Shown here: piece by piece, positions 51,450 through 60,176 of the stretch
Layout of the letters: the number at the start of each line of letters is the position of its first letter
Position numbering within the stretch: the first letter of the stretch is position 1
DNA from: an uncultured Gammaproteobacteria bacterium
Lineage (GTDB): Bacteria > Pseudomonadota > Gammaproteobacteria > JACCXJ01
Length of the DNA stretch: 64,000 bases
Assembly: GCA_963764725.1 (NCBI GenBank)
Contig: CAVXTM010000001.1
Location: 160,001 to 224,000, forward strand
Reading direction: 5' to 3'
Translations under genes and position numbers: made by a program
The notes under the pieces: generated by a model
Seen by the model: the letters and a program-made list of their open reading frames with translations, nothing else
Database searches by the model: none
Told to the model about the DNA's origin: nothing

Positions 51450-52187
51450 TCATTCCGGTTCGTGCAGGCGCGCCGATATCCCGCCGTCCACATCGAGCAC
51501 GGCGCCATTGACGAAGCTCGAGCCGGGTGAACATAAAAACAGCGCTGCTGCCGCAACTTCCCTGGGATCGGCGATCCGGCCTAGCGGATGCATCTCGCCG
51601 AGTCGCGCATAGTCCTCCGGCCGGCCGCGAAAACTCTCCCGCAGCATGGGCGTGGCCACAGCCGCAGGTGCGATGGCGTTGACGCGCACCCGCCCGCCGA
51701 GCTCGATAGCCATGCAGCGGGTCAGCCCCGACAATGCCGCTTTGCTGGTTGCATAACAGGTGAAGGACGGTTTACTGAGCATCGCGTGAATGCTGCTGAT
51801 GCTGACAATACACCCGTGCGCGGACTCCAGCTCCGGCAATAAAGCCTGGCTGAGGAGGAAAGGCGCGAGAAGATTGACGTCCAAGGTCTCGCTCCAATCC
51901 GAAATCGTCAGGCTCTCGATCGGTTTAACCACCTGATGCGCGGCGTTATGGATAAGCACCGCCAACCCGCGCCCGGCAAGCCCTTGCTGGATGTCTTCCA
52001 CGAGCTGCTTCAAACGCTCCGGGACCCGGCACAGCTCGCGCAGGTCGACTAGATAGAACGGATCGCTCTCTTCCGGATCGGCGATCCGGTCGAGACCAAA
52101 GACTGTATAGTCGGCCCCCCTGAAGGTCTCGCATAGGGCTTTCCCAATACCGCCGGCTGCCCCGGTTATCAAGGCTACCTTTTCCAT
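51450..52187 (-). CDS. SDR family oxidoreductase
   Basis: TGAAGGIG, HNAA, YATSK, RVNAIAP, VDGG. Confidence 0.9.
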   Translation of the reverse strand: MEKVALITGAAGGIGKALCETFRGADYTVFGLDRIADPEESDPFYLVDLRELCRVPERLKQLVEDIQQGLAGRGLAVLIHNAAHQVVKPIESLTISDWSETLDVNLLAPFLLSQALLPELESAHGCIVSISSIHAMLSKPSFTCYATSKAALSGLTRCMAIELGGRVRVNAIAPAAVATPMLRESFRGRPEDYARLGEMHPLGRIADPREVAAAALFLCSPGSSFVNGAVLDVDGGISARLHEPE

Positions 52188-52190
52188 CGA

Positions 52191-53135
52191 TCACCGATCC
52201 CTGAGTCCCAAGAACCCACACAGCAGTCCGGCGGCCCGTTCGCTCGTGCGCCATACGGCTTCGGCGGTGTTCGAAGCGTTGTGGGAACCAAAAACGCAAC
52301 ACTCGAAGCCCCGCAAGGGCGAAGATAATGGCAATGGCTCGGTTTCGTACACATCGAGGGCGGCTGAATGCACCCGGCCGCTCGTGAGCGCTGCGATCAA
52401 GGCCATTTCGTCGATCAACGCCCCGCGCGCCACATTGACGATCCGCACCCCGGCTTTCGCCCTTTGCAATGCCTCTTGGTTCAGCATGTGCCGATTGGCG
52501 TCGCTGAGCGAGCAGGTGAAGACGAGGAAGTCGCATGCCTCAAGTTTCGAGGGCCACTCAGATAGCGAGACGTCTTTAATGGACGCATCCGGACGATAGT
52601 CGGGATCATAAACGATCACTACCATATCCGCGGCGAGCGCACGCCGGGCGACGTGCCTGCCAATATCGCCAAAACCGATAAGCCCAAGCACCTTTCGCCG
52701 CAACGAAATACCGCGCGGTTTAGGCCAGCCGCCGCCCCGCACTTCCCGGTCGATCCGGAACGTCTCCCGGGCGAGGGCGGTCACATAGGCCATGGCGATG
52801 TCAGCCACTTCTCCGCCAAACATGTTGGGTGTATTCGTCACCCGAATGCCCAGCGCCTGGGCAGCCTTGAAATCGACATTATCCACACCGATCCCCCACT
52901 TTACAGCGGCTTTCAGCCGCCCTGATCGGCCTGCCCGGAACACGGCCGCCGTGGCCGGATCGTCACCGATGATCCAGCCATCGCATTGTGGCACGAGATC
53001 GATTATCTGCGTTTCGCTCAGGGTCTGCACGACGTTAGGGCAAACGGCGTCTACGCCCCGCTCCGTGAAATATCGTTCGAAGTCGCGCATGACCCCCAGC
53101 ATGGGCGGGCAGGTAATGAGCACCTTCATGGGCAT
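52191..53135 (-). CDS. D-isomer 2-hydroxyacid (phosphoglycerate-like) dehydrogenase
   Basis: GIGVDNVD, GFGDIG, NVARG, LDVYETEP, SHNAS. Confidence 0.9.
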   Translation of the reverse strand: MPMKVLITCPPMLGVMRDFERYFTERGVDAVCPNVVQTLSETQIIDLVPQCDGWIIGDDPATAAVFRAGRSGRLKAAVKWGIGVDNVDFKAAQALGIRVTNTPNMFGGEVADIAMAYVTALARETFRIDREVRGGGWPKPRGISLRRKVLGLIGFGDIGRHVARRALAADMVVIVYDPDYRPDASIKDVSLSEWPSKLEACDFLVFTCSLSDANRHMLNQEALQRAKAGVRIVNVARGALIDEMALIAALTSGRVHSAALDVYETEPLPLSSPLRGFECCVFGSHNASNTAEAVWRTSERAAGLLCGFLGLRDR

Positions 53136-53860
53136 TCACTTTGGTTTAAGCGCACGCTAGGCGCGTTTGCGAACTGGGCGGGTTTCACCGCATTTGCCAG
53201 CGCTTCCGCGAGCGCCCAGTCATCCGGCTCATCGATATCGACGGACTCCAGCTTCGGAGTCTCGAACAGCATCGGCCGCTCGCCGATACGCGCCTTCGTC
53301 TTTGCGAAGCTCTCGCAGGAAAAAATATACAAGCAGGAGTTTTCCTCGAACCAAGGCTCTAAATCCTGCGTTCGGATTAGATTATTCGGATCATGATAAA
53401 CGGCCGAACCGTCCTTGCGGTAGAAACGTGCTTGCCTTCGCGTAACAGCGAACAGAGAGTCTGCATCACCACGGTCAAGGGCACGGCGGTAGGCTTCGAG
53501 TGCTCCGACGATGGTCGGAGCACGGAGAAACGGATTGGTCACGTGGGTCATCAGATATACATCGCCGGGAACGGCGTTGATATCGTCCTCGATAATCCGG
53601 TTCATGCTGACCAGATCGCCACAGATTTCGGGCTTACGATCCCTTACGAGGATGCGTTCCGAGGGAGGGAGCTTGGTCTGAAACAAAACCTCGCGTGCGT
53701 CGGTATTAATCACGATTTGGCCGATGGTTGGGATCGCGAGCAGGGTATCCAGCATCCAACGGAACAACGGTTTTCCTCCCAACCTACGGAAGTTTTTCCC
53801 CGGTACGCGTTCGCTATGCCCCTTCAAAGGCAAAAGGGCAATGGCCCTGTTAGGACTCAT
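53126..53860 (-). CDS. Acylneuraminate/ulosonate cytidylyltransferase family
   Basis: PLKGHSERVPGKN, HVTNPF, RTQDL, ENSCLY, DIDEPDD. Confidence 0.88.
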   Translation of the reverse strand: MSPNRAIALLPLKGHSERVPGKNFRRLGGKPLFRWMLDTLLAIPTIGQIVINTDAREVLFQTKLPPSERILVRDRKPEICGDLVSMNRIIEDDINAVPGDVYLMTHVTNPFLRAPTIVGALEAYRRALDRGDADSLFAVTRRQARFYRKDGSAVYHDPNNLIRTQDLEPWFEENSCLYIFSCESFAKTKARIGERPMLFETPKLESVDIDEPDDWALAEALANAVKPAQFANAPSVRLNQSECP

Positions 53861-54788
53861 GAGATTTCTCTAGCGTATCGCGATAGGCGATCGGCCGCGC
53901 TATCGCTTTCCGAGGGTAGAAGTAGCGCTCTTTCCGTTCCTTCGAAAGCTTACGGTGCAGGTGATTCCCTTGGTAAGCGCCCCAAAACTGCATGAACCGA
54001 TATAGCACGATCTGATGAGCCGTCTCCAGAAAGCGTTCTTCCTGTAAACTCGCACCGAAATCCAGAAATACCCCCGAGAGAAAATAGCGCACAAAATCGG
54101 TAATGCTCACAGATACCTCGGGCATAATCTTTTGTAACGCAAGCGCCTCGCGCTCGTAGCGGTTCCTTATCTGCGACCAGGTCTCGTCGTGTAGGTGGTA
54201 GACCGCCGCGGGAGCAACATAGGCGATCTTTAAGCCATCGTTCGTCAAGCGTTTTCCCAGATCCATGTCCTCGAGACCTGTCAAGTCGTCACAAAACCGG
54301 TAGCGCACCCAGACCTCCCGTAGCAAGGCAGCGTTCGCATTGTTGCAAAAAAACCCTTCCTGAGGGATACGGCTCACGTCGGGAAAATATTTCTTGAACA
54401 ACTGACACTCGCTGAAGCGGCTTGAACCGTTGCCCAACTGTCTGCCATAGGAATAGACCACGATTTGTTTCTGCAGCGGGCTGATTAAACCACTCATCCA
54501 GTGCTCGTTTTCAGGCAGGCAATGACCGCTTATGAAAACGAGGTAGTCGCCGGCGGCGTTTTCGCATCCGCGATTCAACGAACGGCCAAAGGTGAATTCA
54601 TCCCGGCCAATATGAAAAACCCGGCACGCGTAAGCCTTGGCTATCTCGACGGTAACATCGGTGGAACCGGAGTCGATGACTAGCGTTTCGGTGTTTAAGC
54701 CATGCAACTTCTGGGCAGCGATACGCCGGAGCAGTTCGTCCAGATGTCGCGCTTCGTTGTAAGTCCTGATGACGATACTCGCTAACAT
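53850..54788 (-). CDS. Glycosyltransferase family 2
   Basis: SIVIRTYNE, DSGSTD, YGRQ, NANAA, LED; ATG at 54788. Confidence 0.88.
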   Translation of the reverse strand: MLASIVIRTYNEARHLDELLRRIAAQKLHGLNTETLVIDSGSTDVTVEIAKAYACRVFHIGRDEFTFGRSLNRGCENAAGDYLVFISGHCLPENEHWMSGLISPLQKQIVVYSYGRQLGNGSSRFSECQLFKKYFPDVSRIPQEGFFCNNANAALLREVWVRYRFCDDLTGLEDMDLGKRLTNDGLKIAYVAPAAVYHLHDETWSQIRNRYEREALALQKIMPEVSVSITDFVRYFLSGVFLDFGASLQEERFLETAHQIVLYRFMQFWGAYQGNHLHRKLSKERKERYFYPRKAIARPIAYRDTLEKSHES

Positions 54789-54804
54789 CCGTAATACTGA
54801 ATAT

Positions 54805-55590
54805 TTATATAGTCTTTGGGTTGATCTCGAGCGCGAACGGTGGCTGCAGGAGTCTATATAACAACTCGATCTCTTCGCGAAACACCGAGTTTGGCGCAAA
54901 CATATCCCAGTGGATGGGCACCAAGGTTTGCGCGCCGATTTCGGAGGCTAACGAAAAGGCTTCCCGAACCGACATGTTCCCTATGATGCCGCGGCGCTTG
55001 CGAAAGAAGCTTCGTTCATTGACGGGCAGAAACGCAACCTCTATAGGGCTCAAGGACCGCAGTAAGTCAATTAAATCTTCGTGCGGCGACGTGTCGCCAG
55101 CGTGGTAGATACGCTTCCCACAATAATCGATAACGTATCCCAAATAGCAGAATTTGCCGTCCTCGTCCACATCGACCGATTCGTGCGCAGCGGGTACCGG
55201 TATGGCGCGCAGATTCTTGGTTAAATCGATTGCATTTGAATGCGCCACGATGATCCGTTCGACTGCAATTCCCCAGGAGCATAGTAGTCTACCGACCACG
55301 TTTGGGCATACAAAACGGCTCTGGAGCGAGGCAGATGCGATCGGGAGGAGCGTCTCGGGGTCGGCGTGGTCCTTATGAACATGCGTGATGAGGACAAAAG
55401 CAGCGTCGGTTACCCCGTCTGGCGGGAATGGCGCAGGCACCATACGCCGGTGATCTTTTCCCTCCTGCGCTTGGACGGAATCCGACAAATAGGGGTCGAT
55501 ATAGACGATGGTCTCGTCAAACATTATACGAAATCCAGCTTGACCCAGAGGCAACACAGGAAGTCGTGGCTGACCGACTGCGTTAGTCAT
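54805..55590 (-). CDS. Metallo-beta-lactamase-fold hydrolase (UlaG-like)
   Basis: DPYLSD, THVHKDH, HAGDT, PIHWD; start uncertain. Confidence 0.85.
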   Translation of the reverse strand: MTNAVGQPRLPVLPLGQAGFRIMFDETIVYIDPYLSDSVQAQEGKDHRRMVPAPFPPDGVTDAAFVLITHVHKDHADPETLLPIASASLQSRFVCPNVVGRLLCSWGIAVERIIVAHSNAIDLTKNLRAIPVPAAHESVDVDEDGKFCYLGYVIDYCGKRIYHAGDTSPHEDLIDLLRSLSPIEVAFLPVNERSFFRKRRGIIGNMSVREAFSLASEIGAQTLVPIHWDMFAPNSVFREEIELLYRLLQPPFALEINPKTI

Positions 55591-56779
55591 ACATGCGGGT
55601 GTCAGCGCTCGCGTTGCGGATCGCATCACGTACTGTCTCAATGATGAAATCTTGCGTGGCGGGATCGAGATACGGGTGCATCGGTAAGCTTAACACTTCT
55701 TTAGCGAGTTGCTCCGACACAGACAAAGCGGTCGGTGCCGTGGGAAACTCTACATATGCCTTTTGCTTGTGCAGCGGTTTCGAGTAATAAACCGCGGTTG
55801 GAATGTTATATGTTCTTAAGTATGCCGCAACCTCGTCGCGCTGCGGAACCCTTATCGTATACTGCGCCCAGGCACTGACGGCCCCGCAGGCAATTTTTTG
55901 CGTTCTCGTAACATCTTGTAGCGCTTCCGTGTAACGCCGTGCTACGCGTTGCCGTGCGATGATCTCGTCTTCGAAGAGGGCTAGCTTTTCGACCAGTACT
56001 GCCGCTTGTAAAGTATCGAGTCGGCCATTGATGCCAATGCGCACATTGTCATGATCGTCCCGGCCTTGTCCATGGACCCTTATCGACCTCAGGGCGATCA
56101 TGAGTTCCTCATCGCCCGTGAATAGCGCCCCACCGTCGCCGTAGCAGCCGAGCGGTTTGGCAGGAAAAAAGCTCGTGGCGGTTATAGGCGCCAGCGTCCC
56201 CACCCGCTTACCGCTGCGCGATCCCCCGAAACTCTGGGCCGCATCAGCAATCACGAAGAGATCCCAATCGCGGGCTACCTGCATCAGCGCATCATAGTCT
56301 GCGGGCTGCCCGAACAGATCCACCGGTATCAAGATCTTGGGCGTCAGCTTAAGTCTTTCTGCGTTTTCAATAGCCGCATTCACACTCTCAAGGTTTATCA
56401 AAAAATCATCTTCGTTGACGTCCACAAAGACAGGCGTAGCGCCTAATAGAACCACGACCTCAGCGGTCGATACAAACGTAAATGAGGGTAGAAACACAGC
56501 ATCGCCCGGCTTGACCCCGAGCGCCATAAGCGCCATCAGGAGTGCGTCGGTCCCGCTCGCGCAGGTCACAACATGCTTGGCGGAGCAAAATGCCGCCAAA
56601 GCATCCTCCAGCTCATCAACCTCCGGCCCCAGAATATAACGCCCATGCTCTAACACCCTGGTGATTGCGGCTTGGATTCGAGGCCCGACACGCCTCTGCT
56701 GGGCCGCCAGGTCAATAAACTGGATAGACCTAGTCATGACGCGATTCATGTCGGACTTGTCGGGCGGCTGCGCTTCCAT
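55583..56779 (-). CDS. DegT/DnrJ/EryC1/StrS aminotransferase (WbpE-like)
   Basis: SGTDAL, DAAQS, SFFPAKPLGCYGDGG, NGRLD, SLPMHP. Confidence 0.92.
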   Translation of the reverse strand: MEAQPPDKSDMNRVMTRSIQFIDLAAQQRRVGPRIQAAITRVLEHGRYILGPEVDELEDALAAFCSAKHVVTCASGTDALLMALMALGVKPGDAVFLPSFTFVSTAEVVVLLGATPVFVDVNEDDFLINLESVNAAIENAERLKLTPKILIPVDLFGQPADYDALMQVARDWDLFVIADAAQSFGGSRSGKRVGTLAPITATSFFPAKPLGCYGDGGALFTGDEELMIALRSIRVHGQGRDDHDNVRIGINGRLDTLQAAVLVEKLALFEDEIIARQRVARRYTEALQDVTRTQKIACGAVSAWAQYTIRVPQRDEVAAYLRTYNIPTAVYYSKPLHKQKAYVEFPTAPTALSVSEQLAKEVLSLPMHPYLDPATQDFIIETVRDAIRNASADTRMYD

Positions 56780-56789
56780 CGACCTATGC

Positions 56790-57434
56790 TTACTTCCCTA
56801 ATCTCTGCGCACGATCCCCGCCGGCTCGTGCATACATCCCCTCGATGAGGGTTGGAATCAACATGCGATCGGGCGGAACCGTCTTGACTAAGGTATTGAC
56901 GATAGCCCCGTTTCCGCCGACCTCTGTAACGACATAGGCGTCGCAGGGTGGGATGTCCTCGACGCGCACCCACACCGGCAGATCCAGGAATCGCGATGGC
57001 CCGCTGCTCGCGGGATCGTAAGTGCCGAGGATCATGATGTCGTGATCACGAGCCCTGACCGAGCCGATTTCGGCGAGCTCAGAAACGCCACAAAACACAA
57101 TCTGTTTCCAGCCATTCATCGCGCATATCCGATAGATGTCCACGCAGGAAGCCGCCGCCCTCCGATAGAACTCGAAAGACCGGGTGAGATATTTCGCGGT
57201 AAGACGGCTTTTCTCCGCAAACCCCTTTCGAGTTAGGTAGTAAAAGTAGCGGTTAACCGGCGCTAGCTTGATCTTTATCCACCCTTTACGCACGCACCGT
57301 CTTACGTATAGGTTCGTTAGGCCTAGCGCGACGCCAAGTTGACGCGAGAGGTGCCTTTGTGTAACCGTATCGCCGCCGCCCACGGCTTCGAGCAACTCAA
57401 GGGTTAAAGCTTCTTCTTTGTCCGTATCGTTCAT
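56790..57434 (-). CDS. MarR-type winged-helix regulator of polysaccharide loci
   Basis: TQRHLSRQLGVALGLTN..YYLTRKGFAEKSRLT; ATG at 57434 inferred. Confidence 0.82.
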   Translation of the reverse strand: MNDTDKEEALTLELLEAVGGGDTVTQRHLSRQLGVALGLTNLYVRRCVRKGWIKIKLAPVNRYFYYLTRKGFAEKSRLTAKYLTRSFEFYRRAAASCVDIYRICAMNGWKQIVFCGVSELAEIGSVRARDHDIMILGTYDPASSGPSRFLDLPVWVRVEDIPPCDAYVVTEVGGNGAIVNTLVKTVPPDRMLIPTLIEGMYARAGGDRAQRLGK

Positions 57435-57908
57435 TTTGTGAACACTATATGCGTTCACGACTGTCGGCGTCAATCGACCCATGGGCCATACCAGTGAATT
57501 TCGTTCAATCAAGCCGAGGAGAGCCTCGACTTTTGATACCGTTACGCTGAATTGGTGATCGCCCGGCCCACGCAGTATACTTGCGCCGATCGCTGGATCG
57601 TCTCACGGGGCTTGCGCCGCAAGATTTGCCGTGGAGGGTACCTCTTGTGATGCAGGTGATCTCAACTAAGCAGGCGGAACCTGGCATTTTCGCGCGTGAG
57701 TTTAGTACGCGCGACGGAGGGGGATGAGAGATTTCGGATCAAACGCTCTAGCGACCCTGTTCCGCCAGTTGGTGATCGAGCCCGCACGCAGACAGACAAT
57801 GGGATTGAAGGACAGGGAAATCGAGGAGCAGGATTCTCCCGTTGCCCGCGTCGTGAACGGTACACTCGCCGCCTACCGCGTCATTCTGGATCGGAGCCAC
57901 GGCTAGCC

Positions 57909-58964
57909 ATGACAGGTACACACGAGCAGCAGATCCGGGCGGGATGCCGTGTGCTGGTGACCGGCGCCAGCGGTTTTGTGGGGCGTATGCTGTGTGACCT
58001 GCTCCTGCGGACCGGCTACAGCGTTCGCGGCAGCAGCCGTGCACCTGCGTCACCTGCTGTGGGTTCGAGCGCGCTTGAGTGGGCACAGGTGGGAGCGCTG
58101 TCGGCACAGACCGACTGGTCGCAGGCCCTGCAAGATGTGGACGCGGTGGTCCATCTCGCCGCGCGCGTGCACCACCCTGGTGAGCCCGCGATGCGGGTCG
58201 CGGCGCTCCATCATCGCACCAACTGCGAGGGGACCGTCCGACTGGTGGAGATGGCTGCGGCTGCGGGTGTGCGGCGCCTGGTCTTCCTCAGCACGGTCAA
58301 GGTGAACGGGAAGCGCACTGTTCGCCATGCCGGCGGCAGCTGGCAGCGCTATTCCGAAGATGATGTCCCGCATCCCCAGGGCGCCTACGCGCAGAGCAAG
58401 TGGGAAGCGGAGCAGGCGCTGCTTGAGATTGCGGCGCGTGGACCGATGGCAGTGACCATCCTACGCCCACCGCTAGTCTACGGTCCCGGCGTGGGCGCCA
58501 ATTTCCTACGACTGGTGCGCGCAGTGCAAAAGGGTATACCCCTGCCGTTCGCCCAAGTCGTCAACATGCGCAGCCTGGTTTATGTGGAGAATCTCGCTGA
58601 GGCAATCCTGGTTTGCATGGAAAGCAAGGCAGCCGCGAACAAGACCTACCTGGTACGCGATGTCGACGTATCGACGCCTGACCTCATCTATGCGGTCGCT
58701 AAGGTTCTTGGCTGCCGCCCGCGGCTGATGCGCATGCCGCTCTGGGCCCTGCGTCTGGGCGGAGTGTTGACCTTGCGCAGCGCCACCGTCTCGCGTCTGG
58801 TCAACTCGCTCCTCGTCGATGACTCACGTATCCGTCGCGAACTGTTCTGGACGCCTTCGATGACGATGCAACAGGGACTGGCCAGAACGGCGGCGTGGCT
58901 GGGCGTGAAGACTCCGGAGCCGGGTCACAGGGCGTGTCATGAATCAGGCACAGCGCGAAGCTAG
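57909..58964 (+). CDS. NAD-dependent epimerase/4-reductase (WbpK/WbpV-like)
   Basis: VTGASGFVG, HLAARVH, YAQSK, RPPLVYGPG. Confidence 0.88.
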   Translation: MTGTHEQQIRAGCRVLVTGASGFVGRMLCDLLLRTGYSVRGSSRAPASPAVGSSALEWAQVGALSAQTDWSQALQDVDAVVHLAARVHHPGEPAMRVAALHHRTNCEGTVRLVEMAAAAGVRRLVFLSTVKVNGKRTVRHAGGSWQRYSEDDVPHPQGAYAQSKWEAEQALLEIAARGPMAVTILRPPLVYGPGVGANFLRLVRAVQKGIPLPFAQVVNMRSLVYVENLAEAILVCMESKAAANKTYLVRDVDVSTPDLIYAVAKVLGCRPRLMRMPLWALRLGGVLTLRSATVSRLVNSLLVDDSRIRRELFWTPSMTMQQGLARTAAWLGVKTPEPGHRACHESGTARS

Positions 58965-58970
58965 CCACTC

Positions 58971-60008
58971 ATGCCCGGGATGATCATGATTGCGTTGGTG
59001 GTCTTTGGTGCGTCGTGGTTCCTGACGTGGTTCGTTCGGCTGTATGCGCTTCGACGTTCCGTGCTAGACATCCCGAACGAGCGCAGCTCGCACGTCACTC
59101 CAACGCCGCGCGGCGGCGGGCTTGCGATCGTGCTGAGCGTGCTGGGAGTGGCGGCATGGCTGCATAGCCGCGGTCTCATCGAGGTTCCCCTCGCGCAGGC
59201 CCTGTTCGTGGGCGGATCGGCGGTGGCGGTGGTGGGCTGGCTCGACGACCACCGTCCGCTTGGCGTGGCTCTCCGCGCCACCACGCAACTGGCAGCCGCG
59301 GCATGGGTCGTTTACCTCGTGGGCGGCGTTTCCGAGCTGGAAACGGGCTTCGGTCGCCTGCATCTCGGTATCGTGGCTGGCTCTATCCTGGCGACGGTAG
59401 GGATTGCCTGGCTTCTGAATCTCTTCAACTTTCTCGATGGCACCGACGGGTACGCGGGGACGCAGGCGATCTGCACGGCACTCGCCGGCTGGGGGCTGTT
59501 TCTGTTCGCCGGCGAGCCGGGGAATGCGGTGTTATGCATCGCCATCGGGGCCGCGGCGGCGGGATTACTGGTCTGGAACTGGTCACCGGCACGGATTTTT
59601 ATGGGCGATGTGGGAAGCTGCTTCCTCGGCTACGTATTCGGCGTGCTCGCCTTGTTCGGTGAGAAGTCCGGAGCGGCCCCGGCCTATATCTGGCTCATAC
59701 TGCTCGGTGCGTTTGTGTGGGACGCGACGCTGACGCTCATCTCTCGTTTACTCGCTGGCGAGCGATGGTATGACGCCCACCGCACGCATGCCTACCAGCG
59801 TCTGCATCAGCTGGGCTTCGGCCACCGGAAAATCGCCTTGCTCCTTCTCGCCGTGAACGTGCTGCTGCTCTGGCCTTTGGCGTATCTCGCCGTGCTGTGG
59901 AATAATCTGCGCCCGTCGGCGCTCGTCGCTTCGATAAGCTGTCTGGTCGCCGCATGGATCGTGATACAGACAAAATTTTCTCGCCAACCGCCGCATAAGC
60001 ACGCGTGA
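58971..60008 (+). CDS. wbpL: Undecaprenyl-phosphate sugar-1-phosphate transferase (MraY/WecA superfamily)
   Basis: DIPNERSSH..TPRGGG, DD, NFLDGTDG, FMGDVGS, AHRTHAYQ. Confidence 0.88.
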   Translation: MPGMIMIALVVFGASWFLTWFVRLYALRRSVLDIPNERSSHVTPTPRGGGLAIVLSVLGVAAWLHSRGLIEVPLAQALFVGGSAVAVVGWLDDHRPLGVALRATTQLAAAAWVVYLVGGVSELETGFGRLHLGIVAGSILATVGIAWLLNLFNFLDGTDGYAGTQAICTALAGWGLFLFAGEPGNAVLCIAIGAAAAGLLVWNWSPARIFMGDVGSCFLGYVFGVLALFGEKSGAAPAYIWLILLGAFVWDATLTLISRLLAGERWYDAHRTHAYQRLHQLGFGHRKIALLLLAVNVLLLWPLAYLAVLWNNLRPSALVASISCLVAAWIVIQTKFSRQPPHKHA

Positions 60009-60176
60009 TTCGAATCAATCGCCGCACTGCCGTCTCGCCGCACGACCTGATGATGGTCGCGTGCCCGTCACCGAATCGGTGGCGAACGCACCCTCACCCT
60101 ACCGTTTCACAATCGCATCACCGAAGCGCGGTGGACCAGGTGGTTACAGGGCTTGAAGAAGCCGTGAGGCGTAGTA

